42,982 nt of DNA. Source: Alphaproteobacteria bacterium. GTDB lineage: Bacteria > Pseudomonadota > Alphaproteobacteria > UBA828. The stretch is taken from NCBI GenBank assembly GCA_016869195.1, contig VGET01000004.1:1-42982 (forward strand). The letters are read 5' to 3'. Below the pieces are notes generated by a model. The model had not been told where the DNA came from, made no database searches, and saw nothing but the letters and a program-made list of their open reading frames with translations. This document shows positions 20,964 to 31,181 of this stretch, one piece after another. How positions within the stretch are numbered: the stretch's first letter is position 1; each line of letters starts with the position of its first letter. The position numbers and the translations under genes are program-made.

Positions 20964-21506
20964 ATGTCGATTCTCAAGATCGCCCGCGCGGGCCATCCGG
21001 TCCTGAAGCGCGTGGCCGAGCCGGTCGCCGACCCCACCTCGCCCGCTATCCGCCACCTCATTGCCGACATGATCGAGACCCTAGTGGACATTGACGGCGC
21101 GGGGCTGGCCGCCCCCCAGGTCCACGTCTCGCGCCGCGTCGTGATTTTCCGCGTGCCCGAGGAGCGCGCCAAGCGCGAGGACCGCGAGGCCGCCGAGCCC
21201 CAGCCTCTGACCGTGCTGATCAACCCGGTGATCGAGCCGATGTCGACCGAGATGGCCGAGGGGCTCGAGGCCTGCCTGTCGCTGCCGGGCCTCGCCGGAC
21301 GGGTGCCGCGCTACACCCACATCCGTTATCGCGGGCTCGACCACGAGGGTCGGGCGATCGAACGCGAGGCGCGCGGGTTTCACGCACGCGTCGTGCAGCA
21401 CGAATGCGACCATCTCGATGGTATTCTCTACCCGATGCGGATGGCCGACATGTCGACCCTCGCCTTCACCACCGAGCTCGGCCGCGATGAGGTGGAGGAA
21501 TCATGA
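20964..21506 (+). CDS. def: Peptide deformylase
   Basis: GAGLAAPQ, EACLSLP, QHECDHLDG motifs. Confidence 0.96.
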   Translation: MSILKIARAGHPVLKRVAEPVADPTSPAIRHLIADMIETLVDIDGAGLAAPQVHVSRRVVIFRVPEERAKREDREAAEPQPLTVLINPVIEPMSTEMAEGLEACLSLPGLAGRVPRYTHIRYRGLDHEGRAIEREARGFHARVVQHECDHLDGILYPMRMADMSTLAFTTELGRDEVEES

Positions 21507-22243
21507 GCAACGCATTCTGGCGTCCCTTGGCGCCGAGCCTCGAGCGGGACCGGCTGCTCGAGGCGGTCCTGAACCATGTGCCGTTCGATGGCTGGAGCCC
21601 GGCGGCGCTCAAGGCCGCGGCGGGTGACCTCGGCCTGACGCAGGAGGAAGCCGAGCGCGAGTTTCCCGGTGGCGTGCTTGACCTCATCGGCTATCACTCG
21701 GTGCGCGCCGACCGGCAGATGGGCGAGGCGTTGGCCGCGCTCGACCTCGCCAAACTCAGCCTCCGTCGCCGCGTCATTGCGGTGATTCGCGCGCGGCTCG
21801 AGCAGAATGCCTCGGCGAGAGAATCCGTGCGTGCCGCGCTTGGCGTGTTGAGCCAGCCGCGCAACCTGCCGGTCGCCATGGCGCTGCTCTATCGAACCGT
21901 CGATGCGGTGTGGTGGGCCGCGGGCGACACCGCGACCAATTTCAGCTTCTACACCAAGCGCGCGACGCTCGCCGGCGTCTACATGGCGACGCTCATGGTC
22001 TGGCTCAATGATCGTTCCGAAGGCGCAAGCGAGACCTGGGCCTTCCTCGAGCGGCGCATCGATGATGTGTTGAAGATCCAGAAAGCGCGTGGGCGCGTGG
22101 AAGCCGCCCTGCCCGATTTGCCCGGCCTATTCCGCGCGTTTCGCCAGGCCACGGCGGCGCGTCACCGACGCGGGGTGAGGCCTGATTGGCGCGCGGATGG
22201 GGACGCAAAGCGCGAGCCGCCATCCAGCGCGCCCGAGAGCTGA
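21503..22243 (+). CDS. COQ9 family (rpsU-divergently transcribed) protein
   Basis: HVPFDGW, VDAVWWAAGD, FSFYTKRATL, TWAFLERRI; divergent from rpsU. Confidence 0.9.
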   Translation: MSNAFWRPLAPSLERDRLLEAVLNHVPFDGWSPAALKAAAGDLGLTQEEAEREFPGGVLDLIGYHSVRADRQMGEALAALDLAKLSLRRRVIAVIRARLEQNASARESVRAALGVLSQPRNLPVAMALLYRTVDAVWWAAGDTATNFSFYTKRATLAGVYMATLMVWLNDRSEGASETWAFLERRIDDVLKIQKARGRVEAALPDLPGLFRAFRQATAARHRRGVRPDWRADGDAKREPPSSAPES

Positions 22244-22346
22244 GGACCCGCCCGGTCGCGTGATATCCCGATCTGGGGCACGCCTGGACACCATCGCCTG
22301 ACCTTCCGATAATCGATCCTTCCACCACGGCAGCAGGGCCGAATCC

Positions 22347-24111
22347 GTGACCGGGGAGCCCATCGAGCGGCGTTTGGCCGCGATCCTGAGCGCGGATGTC
22401 GTCGGCTATAGCCGCTTGATGGCGGCCGATGAGACCGGCACCTTGACCCGGCTCGAGGCGCTGCGCCGCGAGCTGATTGACCCGTCGATCGCCGGGCACC
22501 GCGGCCGCACGGTCAAGCTGATTGGCGACGGCATGCTGGTCGAGTTCCCGAGCGCGGTCGAGGCCGTGCGGTGCGCGATCGAGATTCAGCGCGCGTGCTC
22601 CGAGCGCCACGCCGACAGCTCCAGCGATACGAAGCTCGAGCTTCGCATCGGCATCAATCTCGGCGATGTCATCGTGCGCGGCGATAACCTCTATGGCGAT
22701 GGCGTCAACGTCGCCGCGCGGCTTGAATCGGTCGCCGAGCCCGGTGGCATCTGCATCTCGCGCGCGGTGCGCGACCAGGTGCGCGACAAGCTCGTCGTTC
22801 GCCTCGATGATCTTGGCGAAATCGAGGTCAAGAACATTGCCCGGCCGGTGCGGGTGTTTCGGGTACGCACCGGCGAACAGCCCGCGGAAAGTCGCCCGAG
22901 CGCCATCAAGGTGCCGGCGAGCGAAGGCCCTTCGATCGTGGTGCTTCCGTTCGCCAATATGAGCGGCGACCCCGAACAGGAATATTTCAGCGACGGCATC
23001 ACCGAAGACCTCATCACCGATCTAAGCAAGATTCCGGGCCTCCTGGTGATCGCGCGCAACTCCTCGTTTGCCTTCAAGGGCAAGGCCGTCGACTCGTCGA
23101 GATCTGCAAACAGTTCCGCGTGCGCTACGCACTCGAAGGCTCGGTGCGCAAAGCCGGTCAGCGGGTGCGCATCACCGCGCAGCTAATCGATGGCGCGACC
23201 GGCGGCCACCTCTGGGCCGAGCGTTATGACCGCGAGCTGACCGACATCTTCGCGGTACAGGACGAGGTGACGCGTCAGATCGTCACCGCGCTCAAGATCA
23301 ATTTCGACAAGGCGCGCTCGGCTCAGGCTACGCCCGCCGCGCCGGCGCGGATCGAGGCGCACGATTGCTTCCTGCGCGGGCGCGAGCTGATGCAGACGAC
23401 GAACCTGAGCAGGGAAGGCGTGCGTAGCGCGGGCGAGTGGTTCCGCCGTGCGGTCGAGCTCGACCCTACCTATCCCGGCGGCTATGGCGGGCTGGCGCAG
23501 GTTTACGCGCTGCAATACCAGAACCAGTGGGGCTCGAACCCCGCCGACGATCTGCGTCAGGCCAGGCGCTATGTTGATGAGGGCTTGGCGCAGGACCCGC
23601 GCGACGCCTATCTGCACTTCCAGAACGCGCTCGTCTCGATGTTCGAGAAGAACTACGAGCGCTGGCAGAGCGAGGTCGAGCTGGCGCTCGCTCTCAACCC
23701 AAACCTCGCGCTCGCGCTGAACGTGCGCGGGACGTACACTTGTACCAAGGCGAGCCGCTCAAGGGCCTGCCCTTTATCGAACAGGCGATGCGGCTCGACC
23801 CGGCCTTCAGGCAGCATTACCTGCACTTCGTCGCCATGGCCTATTTCTTCGCCGGTCAGCTGGAGAAGGCGGTCGAGGTGTTTCGCGAGCGCATCACGCT
23901 CAATCCCGGCACCGATCTGTCGCGCGTCTATCTGGCGTCCGCGCTCGCCCATTTGGGCCGGCTTGACGAAGCACGTGAGGTCTGGCGCCAGCTCAGAGAG
24001 ATCAATCCGGCCTATGCCGCGGCGACGCATCTGCGCCGTCTTGCCTTACGAGCTGTGGACATCGAGCGCGTGCTCGACGGCCTGCGCAAGGCCGGCCTGC
24101 CGACGGATTAG
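22347..24111 (+). pseudogene. Class III adenylate/guanylate cyclase-TolB-like-TPR protein split by two frameshifts (possibly assembly errors)
   Basis: ERRLAAILSADVVGYS, RIGINLGD, GDGVNVAARL, SIVVLPFANMSGDPEQEYFSDG in ORF 22347; LEGSVRKAG and TPRs in ORF 23120; last TPRs and LRKAGLP in ORF 23740; breaks near 23093 and 23731. Confidence 0.85.
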
Positions 24112-24148
24112 AACGTTTGCCACGCAAATGAATCCGCCTTTCTTGGTC

Positions 24149-24275
24149 TGTCATTCCCGCGCAAGCGGGAATCCATCGAACCGCAGACACCGAGACCGCA
24201 ACTCTGGATTCCGGATCGCAAGCCTCGCAGCCGAACGCCTTCGGTGTCCGGGCTCGGCTAGCGTCCGGAATGACG
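24149..24275. repeat. CGTC-tagged REP doublet with enlarged loop
   Basis: TGTCATTCCCGCGCAAGCGGGAATCCA ... TGGATTCCGGA[~48 nt]TCCGGAATGACG; between convergent genes. Confidence 0.9.
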
Positions 24276-24332
24276 ATAGATGTGTGCTGTCATGAGCGAG
24301 AAATCCGCTCCGGTCGCGCGTTGAACGGAATT

Positions 24333-25448
24333 TCAACTCGAGCGCGGCTTGATCCAGGTGACGTGGCCCATCTTGCGGCCCGGCCGCGCCTCGGCCTTGC
24401 CGTAGAGATGGAGATGCGCGCCGGGGTCGGCGAGCAGCGCGGGCCAGCGCTCGACGTCATCGCCGATCAAATTCTGCATCACCGCGTCCGAGTGACGCTC
24501 CGGGCTCCCGAGCGGCAGGCCGCAGACCGCGCGCACATGCTGCTCGAACTGGCTTGTGCCGCAGGCATCGATCGTCCAATGGCCCGAATTGTGCACGCGC
24601 GGCGCGAGCTCGTTCATCAGGAGCCCGCCGGCCTTGCTGACGAACAGCTCGACACAGAGCACGCCGACATGATCGAGCGCGTCGACGATGCGGCCCGCGA
24701 GTTCTTCTGCTTCTGCAGCCAGCGTCGGCGTGATCGGGGCCGGCGCGGTGGTGCGGTCGAGAATGCCGCCGACATGGCGGTTCTCGACCGGCACAAAGGG
24801 GGCGAGCGTGCCATCGAGCGCACGCGCGATGACGACCGAGATCTCGCGCTCGAAATCCACCCGCGCCTCGAGGATGGCAGGCGCCCGGCCGACGGCCTGC
24901 CACGCCTCGGCCGGATCGCTCGACGCCTCGATGGTTGCCTGCCCCTTGCCGTCATAGCCGAGCCGCCGGGTCTTCAGGATCGCGGGCGTGCCGATGCGGG
25001 CGAGCGCCGCTTCGAGGCTCGGCACGTCGTCAACAGGTGCGAATGAAGCGGTGCCGATGCCAAGGGCATTCGCGAATGTCTTCTCATTGAGCCGGTCCTG
25101 CGCGATCTCGAGCGAACGGGCGCCCGGGCGCACCGGCACGAGCGGCTCGAGAAGATGCACGGTCTCGACCGGCACGTTCTCGAACTCATAGGTGACGACG
25201 GACACCTGTTTGGCAAAACGCTCGAGCGCGGCGTGGTCGCGATAATCGGCGTGCGTGGTCGCGGCCGCCACCTGCCCGGCCGGCGGGTCGCCCTCGGGCG
25301 CAAAGACGTGGCAACGATAGCCGAGCCGCGCCGCTGCGAGCGCGATCATGCGTCCGAGCTGGCCGCCGCCGAGAATGCCAATGGTCGCGCCCGGCGCGAT
25401 GACCAGCGCGGGCGCTCCCTTCGCCTTAGGCGTCGTCGCGCGGCTCAT
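24333..25448 (-). CDS. purK: N5-carboxyaminoimidazole ribonucleotide synthase
   Basis: [49 protein letters not shown]; start probably ATG 25448. Confidence 0.97.
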   Translation of the reverse strand: MSRATTPKAKGAPALVIAPGATIGILGGGQLGRMIALAAARLGYRCHVFAPEGDPPAGQVAAATTHADYRDHAALERFAKQVSVVTYEFENVPVETVHLLEPLVPVRPGARSLEIAQDRLNEKTFANALGIGTASFAPVDDVPSLEAALARIGTPAILKTRRLGYDGKGQATIEASSDPAEAWQAVGRAPAILEARVDFEREISVVIARALDGTLAPFVPVENRHVGGILDRTTAPAPITPTLAAEAEELAGRIVDALDHVGVLCVELFVSKAGGLLMNELAPRVHNSGHWTIDACGTSQFEQHVRAVCGLPLGSPERHSDAVMQNLIGDDVERWPALLADPGAHLHLYGKAEARPGRKMGHVTWIKPRSS

Positions 25449-25923
25449 GCTCGACCGAATCGGTCTGCCTCGCGCGCCAGGCCTCGAGCGCCGCCGCGAC
25501 CTTCGCATCCCCGAGGCCCACGATCGCGGCCGCTAGGACGGCGGCGTTGATCGCGCCGGGCTTGCCGATCGCGAGCGTGCCGACCGGGACACCGCCCGGC
25601 ATCTGAACGATCGAGAGCAGGCTGTCGAGGCCCTTCAGGGATTGGCTCTCGATCGGCACGCCGAGCACCGGCAGCGTGGTCATCGAGGCCGCCATGCCGG
25701 GCAGATGGGCCGCGCCGCCGGCGCCCGCGATGATCACCTTGAGGCCGCGGGTGCGCGCGCCGTTTGCATAGTCGTAGAGCCGCTTCGGCGTGCGATGGGC
25801 CGAAACGATACGCTTCTCGAAGCGCACGCCAAGCGCCGTCAGCGTCTCCGCCGCGTGGCGCATGGTCGCCCAGTCCGATTGGCTGCCCATGATGATGCCG
25901 ACTTCCGGCGCGCGCTCGCTCAT
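25426..25923 (-). CDS. purE: N5-CAIR mutase
   Basis: [37 protein letters not shown]; ATG 25923. Confidence 0.98.
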   Translation of the reverse strand: MSERAPEVGIIMGSQSDWATMRHAAETLTALGVRFEKRIVSAHRTPKRLYDYANGARTRGLKVIIAGAGGAAHLPGMAASMTTLPVLGVPIESQSLKGLDSLLSIVQMPGGVPVGTLAIGKPGAINAAVLAAAIVGLGDAKVAAALEAWRARQTDSVEHEPRDDA

Positions 25924-26113
25924 CGAGGCTCTCCCTGTCGCTGGGGTCGTGATCCTAGGGTCCACGCGCCAATTTCGCCAATCGTTTCCGAGACCTCGCC
26001 GGAGTGCCCGGGCACCGTAGCGAAATCCTGATTCATTAACAGTCTGTAAGGGACGTTCGGCCAGACTGACGAGCAAGGATCGAAGGCTTAAAGGCCAGGA
26101 CGGGCAACGGGCG

Positions 26114-26847
26114 ATGAAGGTCGAACGGTCTAGTACGACAGCGCGAGGCGTGGGCGACGCCCGGCGTCCCCAGGGGCTGGCGCGCGCGGGCGTCTCCAAT
26201 GGTGAGACCGGCTCGGCCCACATCATCGCCGATACCGCGGAGGTGCTGGGGATTCCCGTCACCGAGCTGACACCCAAGGTCCGTGCCGCGATCATGGGCC
26301 TGATGGCCGAGGTCGCGCGCCTGCGCGAGGAGCTCACCCGCAGCAAGGGCCGCATCGACCATCTGGAGAAGCTCGCCGACCAGGATTCGCTCCTGCCGAT
26401 CCACAATCGCCGCGCCTTCGTGCGCGAGCTGACCCGCGCGATCTCCATGACCGAGCGCTATGGCACGCCGAGCTCGGTTATCTATTTCGACGTAACGGCA
26501 TGAAGCGCATCAACGACTCGCTCGGCCACGGTGCCGGCGACGTCGCGCTCCATCGTGTGGCCGACCGCCTGCGCACCAGCATCCGCGATTCCGACATCGT
26601 GGGGCGGCTCGGCGGCAACGAGTTCGGCGTCATCCTGTTCAGCGCTGATTCAGACGCCGCGCAAATCAAGGCCACCACCTTGGCCGAGGCGGTGCAGAGC
26701 GATCCGCTGGTCTATGACAATGCCGAGATCAAGCTCACGGTGACGTTCGGCACCTACACGTTTCTCGGCAAGGAGGACGCGGTGCAGGTGCTCGCCGCGG
26801 CCGACGAGGCCATGTACGCGCGCAAGCAGACCATCATGCCGGCCTAG
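26114..26847 (+). pseudogene. Coiled-coil plus GGDEF-domain protein with one frameshift and a GGNEF motif
   Basis: [18 protein letters not shown] | MKRINDSLGHGAGD, RDSDIVGRLGGNEF, ADEAMY; one extra base near 26494 joins ORFs 26114..26503 and 26500..26847. Confidence 0.85.
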
Positions 26848-26899
26848 AAGGTCGGTCGGCCCAACAGCTCTCCCTTCAAGCAGGCGTCAGAAACGCCAC

Positions 26900-26917
26900 G
26901 GGCGCCTTGCGGCGCCC
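26900..26917. terminator. Short GC hairpin between convergent genes
   Basis: GGGCGCC-TTGC-GGCGCCC; no U tract. Confidence 0.3.
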
Positions 26918-26922
26918 ATTGC

Positions 26923-27120
26923 TCAAGCGATGATGTTTGGCACCATCGCGCTTTCAAGCTTGGCGATCTGATCCTTCAACGCGAGTTTTCGCTTTTTCAA
27001 CCGTCGGAGCTGGACTTCGTTCAGGTCGACCGTCTCGGCGAGACGGGTGATGACTTCATCAAGGTCGCGATGCTCAACTCTCAACTCAACAAGCTTCTGC
27101 TCTGCCTCGACACGTTCCAT
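26923..27120 (-). CDS. DUF465 (YdcH) family protein
   Basis: LRVEHRDLD, RRLKKRKLALKDQI, PNIIA end; ATG 27120. Confidence 0.9.
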   Translation of the reverse strand: MERVEAEQKLVELRVEHRDLDEVITRLAETVDLNEVQLRRLKKRKLALKDQIAKLESAMVPNIIA

Positions 27121-27277
27121 CAATGCACTCCTCAGCGGCAGACCAAGATGACAAAAAAAATATAACACCGCGTCGGATCGGCCCCAATCGCTTTTTGGCT
27201 CGCCCGATGTTCCGGGCGTTATCATTCAAGTATTTGAAATTAATAAGGATTTTTTGCGATAGGCAACCTTGCCGCGA

Positions 27278-27943
27278 TCACCGCTCACGCTCGCGCAGAC
27301 GCGCCGGCAAGGCCTCGATCGAGCCCTCCGCCGGAGTGGCCGCCAGCGCCCGAGTCGCGAGTGATTTTGTCTCGCGCCAGCGGTGCGACAGGCCGGAATC
27401 GAGCTCGAACAAATCGAGCAGGCGGCCGACCGAATGGTCGATCACCTCGTCGATCGTCTGGGGCTTCGGATAGAGCGCGGGCATGGCGGGCGCGATGATC
27501 GCGCCGAGTTCCGCCAGCTGGGTGAGGGTGCGTAAATGGCCGAGATGGAGCGGCGTTTCGCGCACCATCAGCACCAGGCGCCGCCGCTCCTTCAGGCACA
27601 CATCGGCGGCGCGGCTGAGCAAGGTTGTGGTGACGCCGGTCGCGATTTCGGACATCGAGCGGATCGAGCACGGCGCAATGATCATGCCCGCCGTGCGAAA
27701 AGAGCCGCTTGCGATCGGGGCACCCAAATCCGCCGGAGAATGCGACACGCTCGCAAGCGCCTTGACGTCCTTCGGGCTCAGCTCAGTCTCGTAGCCGAGC
27801 GTCATCTCACCCGCCCGACTGAGCACGAGGTGGGATTCCACTTCGAGCGCCCGCAGGGCCTCGAGCAGCCGCACGCCATAGGCGACGCCCGAGGCGCCGC
27901 TGATGCCGACGACGAGCCGCATCGGTGTGGTCAAGGGCGGCAC
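27278..27943 (-). CDS. ubiX: Flavin prenyltransferase UbiX
   Basis: RLVVGISGASG, IASGSF, IAPCS, RAADVCLKERR, RETP; start may be ATG 27922. Confidence 0.95.
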   Translation of the reverse strand: MPPLTTPMRLVVGISGASGVAYGVRLLEALRALEVESHLVLSRAGEMTLGYETELSPKDVKALASVSHSPADLGAPIASGSFRTAGMIIAPCSIRSMSEIATGVTTTLLSRAADVCLKERRRLVLMVRETPLHLGHLRTLTQLAELGAIIAPAMPALYPKPQTIDEVIDHSVGRLLDLFELDSGLSHRWRETKSLATRALAATPAEGSIEALPARLRERER

Positions 27944-28013
27944 TCCATGGCATTATCATGGTGGTGTAATGACGGGCCGCCAAGGGCCCGCAGCGCGGAG
28001 ATCTCGGAAAAAG

Positions 28014-28253
28014 ATGATCGGATTGGGAGAGCTCGTCAATTCTGAGGGGGAGTTCGGTGTCGATGACTACCGGGCGTGCTTGGCCGCCAAGCACGCGAAC
28101 CTCGAACGAGCGATCCAGGAGGAATGGGAGCGGCCGGCACCGGACCAGATTTCTCTCACCGCACTCAAGCGCCGGCGCCTCAAGGTGAAGGACGAGATCG
28201 TCCGCCTGCGCACGGGCAAGGCCATCGGCCGCCGCCTGGCCGCCCCGGCCTAG
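28014..28253 (+). CDS. DUF465 (YdcH) family protein
   Basis: KHANLERAI, RPAPD, LKRRRLKVKDEI; start uncertain. Confidence 0.75.
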   Translation: MIGLGELVNSEGEFGVDDYRACLAAKHANLERAIQEEWERPAPDQISLTALKRRRLKVKDEIVRLRTGKAIGRRLAAPA

Positions 28254-28260
28254 GAAAGCC

Positions 28261-29724
28261 TCAGCGCTTCAGGCGCTCGATCGTCCGCGTGGTCGAGAAG
28301 CCGGGCTCGAGCGTGGCCAAGAGCACCCGACCGCCATAGGACTGCACGAAACTGCCGCCGACCACTTGATCGAGCGCATAGTCCGCGCCCTTGATCAGCA
28401 CATCGGGCCGGAGCGCCTCGATCAGCGCGATGGGGGTGTCGGCCTCGAACAACACGACGAGATCGACCAGCTCGAGCGAGGCCAGCACCTCGGCCCGCGC
28501 GGCCTCGTTCTGCACCGGCCGCTCCGGCCCCTTCAGACGCTTGACCGACGCATCGCTGTTGAGGCCTACGACTAGCCGGTCGCAGGCGCCGCGCGCCTGA
28601 CGTAAGAGCGCCAGGTGGCCCGGATGCAGCAGGTCGAAGCAGCCATTGGTGAAGCCGACGCACTTGCCCTCGGCGCGCCAGCGGCTGACCGCATCGACCG
28701 CATCGGGCAGGAGCATCAGCTTGGCGTCCTGCGCGGTGCGGTCGTTCGCGCGCACCGCGCGCTGCAACTCGACGCCGTGCGCAACCGCCGTGCCGGTCTT
28801 GCCCACGACAATGCCGGCCGCGGCGTTCGCCAACAGCGCCGCCTCGACCGGATCGACGCCCTGGCCGAGCGCCGCCGCAAAGGTCGCCACCGCGGTGTCG
28901 CCCGCGCCCGAGACGTCATAAACCTCGCGCGCCTGCGCCGGGAGATGCTCCACGCGGCCATTGGCGGCGACATAGGTCATGCCCTCATGGCTCCGCGTCA
29001 CCAGGACGGCCTCGATGCCGCAGCGCTCGATCAGCGCCCGCGCGCCCTTCACGATCGCCGCCTCGCTGTCGAGCCGCTCGCCGACCGCGGCCGAGAGCTC
29101 GCCGCGATTGGGTGTCACCACGCTCGCGCCGCGATAACGCGCGAAGTCCGCGCCCTTGGGATCGACGACGACGGGGTGGCCGGCCGCGCGCGCGCGCGCG
29201 ATGACCGCCTGCACGACCTCGGGCGTGATCACGCCCTTGGCATAGTCCGAGATCACGATCGATGACGCCTGGGGCGTAAGATCGCCGACGAGCGCGATCA
29301 GGCGCTCGGCCGTGCGAGCCTCGATCGGGCGCGTGGTCTCGGCATCGGCGCGCAGCAATTGCTGGTTCCCTGCAACGAAGCGGGTCTTGACGGTTGAGGG
29401 GCGCCCGGCCTCGATCAGGAGATAAGGCTCGAGCTGCGGTTCCTTGCCGACCATGGTGGTGAGCTGGCGGCCGACCTCGTCATCGCCGATCACCGCGATC
29501 AGCCAGGCGCGCGCGCCGAGCGCGGTGACGTTGCGCACCACATTGCCGGCCCCGCCCAGCATGGCGCGCTCACGCTCGATGCGCAGCACCGGCACCGGCG
29601 CCTCGGGCGAGGTGCGCTCGACGCCGCCATAGACATAGCGGTCGAGCATGAGATCGCCGATGCAGAGCACCTGACTCAGCGCCAGGCGTTCGACCAGGTT
29701 GAGCATGGAGGCCGGCTCGATCAT
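28261..29724 (-). CDS. hldE: Bifunctional heptose 7-phosphate kinase / heptose 1-phosphate adenylyltransferase
   Basis: GDLMLDRY, SPEAPVPV, SDYAKG, DVSGAGDT kinase domain fused to FTNGCFDLLHPGH, GLNSD, KGADY transferase domain. Confidence 0.96.
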   Translation of the reverse strand: MIEPASMLNLVERLALSQVLCIGDLMLDRYVYGGVERTSPEAPVPVLRIERERAMLGGAGNVVRNVTALGARAWLIAVIGDDEVGRQLTTMVGKEPQLEPYLLIEAGRPSTVKTRFVAGNQQLLRADAETTRPIEARTAERLIALVGDLTPQASSIVISDYAKGVITPEVVQAVIARARAAGHPVVVDPKGADFARYRGASVVTPNRGELSAAVGERLDSEAAIVKGARALIERCGIEAVLVTRSHEGMTYVAANGRVEHLPAQAREVYDVSGAGDTAVATFAAALGQGVDPVEAALLANAAAGIVVGKTGTAVAHGVELQRAVRANDRTAQDAKLMLLPDAVDAVSRWRAEGKCVGFTNGCFDLLHPGHLALLRQARGACDRLVVGLNSDASVKRLKGPERPVQNEAARAEVLASLELVDLVVLFEADTPIALIEALRPDVLIKGADYALDQVVGGSFVQSYGGRVLLATLEPGFSTTRTIERLKR

Positions 29725-29837
29725 GCGCTCATGATAACGGATTCGGCCGGATCATGGTTAACGGGGGTTAACGCGTCGGGCTTGCGGGGCGCCGAGCGAG
29801 CGGCCACCATGGGGTCACGGGGAGGCGAACAAGAACA

Positions 29838-31148
29838 ATGACCGCTGGGCGTGCCGAATATCAGCGCCGGCTGACCAGTCCGGACGAAGCCGTGTCACGC
29901 CTGAAGCCGGGGCAGCGGCTGATCCTGCCGACCTTTGCCGGTGCGCCGCCTGCGCTTGTCGCGGCGCTCGGGCGCGGGGCGGCAGAAGGTGCGCTTCGGG
30001 ACGTCACGATCAGCGCGATCCTGCCGGGGCGTGACATCGCGCGCCATCTGGTGAAGCCGGAGCTCGCCGGCAAGTTCAAGTGGGACTCGCTCTTCTGCGC
30101 CGGCTGTGATCGGCCGGGCGTATTCACCGGCCAATACGACATGACGCCGATGCATTTCGGCCAGATGCCGCGCATCCTGCGCGCCATGCCGGCGCATGCG
30201 ATCATGGCACTGGCCTCGCCCCCCGACGCCGAGGGCTTCGTCAGCCTCGGCATCAGTGTCGACTATTCGCGCTCGATGTTCGATTACGCGCCCTACCGCG
30301 TGGTCGAGATCAACCCGAACGTGCCGCAGGTGCGCGGGCCGTGCCGGATTCACCTGAGCCAGATCGATGCGCTGGTCGAAAGCGACGACCCGATCGCAGA
30401 GCTGCCCGAGCCCGCGCTTGGCGATGAGGAGCGCGCGATCGCCCGCTTCATCGCCGATCGGATTCCCGACGGCGCCACGATCCAGCTCGGCTATGGCGCG
30501 GTGCCGAGCGGCGTCGGCCTCGCGCTCACCGGGCACAAGCGGCTTGGCATCCACACTGAGATGTTTGTCGATCCGATGCGTGTCCTGATCGAGGCCGGCG
30601 TCGTCGACAACAGCGAGAAGACGTACAACCCGGGCATCACGCCTTTCACGTTCGTCGGCGGCAGTGCCGCGACCTATCGCTTCCTGCACGGCAATTCGAT
30701 GATCGAGGGCCACCCGGTCGAATACACCAACGACCCGGTGGTGATCGCGCGCCACAAGCGCATGATCTCGGTCAACGCGACGCTTGCGGTCGACCTCACC
30801 GGCCAGGCCTGCTCCGAATCGATCGGCGGCATGCAATATAGCGGCACCGGCGGTCAGGTCGATTTCGTGCGCGGCGCGACGATGTCGGATGGCGGCAAGT
30901 CGTTCCTGTGCACGAGCGCGACCGCGAAGCACGGCACGATCTCGTGCATCGTCGATGCCCTGCCGCCCTCAGCGGTCATCACCACCGCGCGCACCGACAT
31001 CGATGCCGTCGTCACCGAATATGGTGTCGCGGAACTCCGCGGCCGCTCGCTGCGTGACCGCGCCCAGGCGCTGATCGCGATCGCCCATCCGAAATTCCGC
31101 GATTCGCTCGAGGAGGCCGCCCGCGCCCGCGGCCTCGGCAAGCGCTGA
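29838..31148 (+). CDS. Acetyl-CoA hydrolase/CoA-transferase family protein
   Basis: IPDGATIQLGYG, GIHTEM, DLTGQ, SGTGGQVDF, VVTEYGVAELRG, IAHPKFR. Confidence 0.93.
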   Translation: MTAGRAEYQRRLTSPDEAVSRLKPGQRLILPTFAGAPPALVAALGRGAAEGALRDVTISAILPGRDIARHLVKPELAGKFKWDSLFCAGCDRPGVFTGQYDMTPMHFGQMPRILRAMPAHAIMALASPPDAEGFVSLGISVDYSRSMFDYAPYRVVEINPNVPQVRGPCRIHLSQIDALVESDDPIAELPEPALGDEERAIARFIADRIPDGATIQLGYGAVPSGVGLALTGHKRLGIHTEMFVDPMRVLIEAGVVDNSEKTYNPGITPFTFVGGSAATYRFLHGNSMIEGHPVEYTNDPVVIARHKRMISVNATLAVDLTGQACSESIGGMQYSGTGGQVDFVRGATMSDGGKSFLCTSATAKHGTISCIVDALPPSAVITTARTDIDAVVTEYGVAELRGRSLRDRAQALIAIAHPKFRDSLEEAARARGLGKR

Positions 31149-31181
31149 TCCCATCGAGTTCTCTGTGCCACGGAAAAGATC

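Noticed and set aside
23091-23740. Programmed frameshifting or phase variation in the cyclase gene
   Set aside because: No slippery heptamer or long repeat tract at either break
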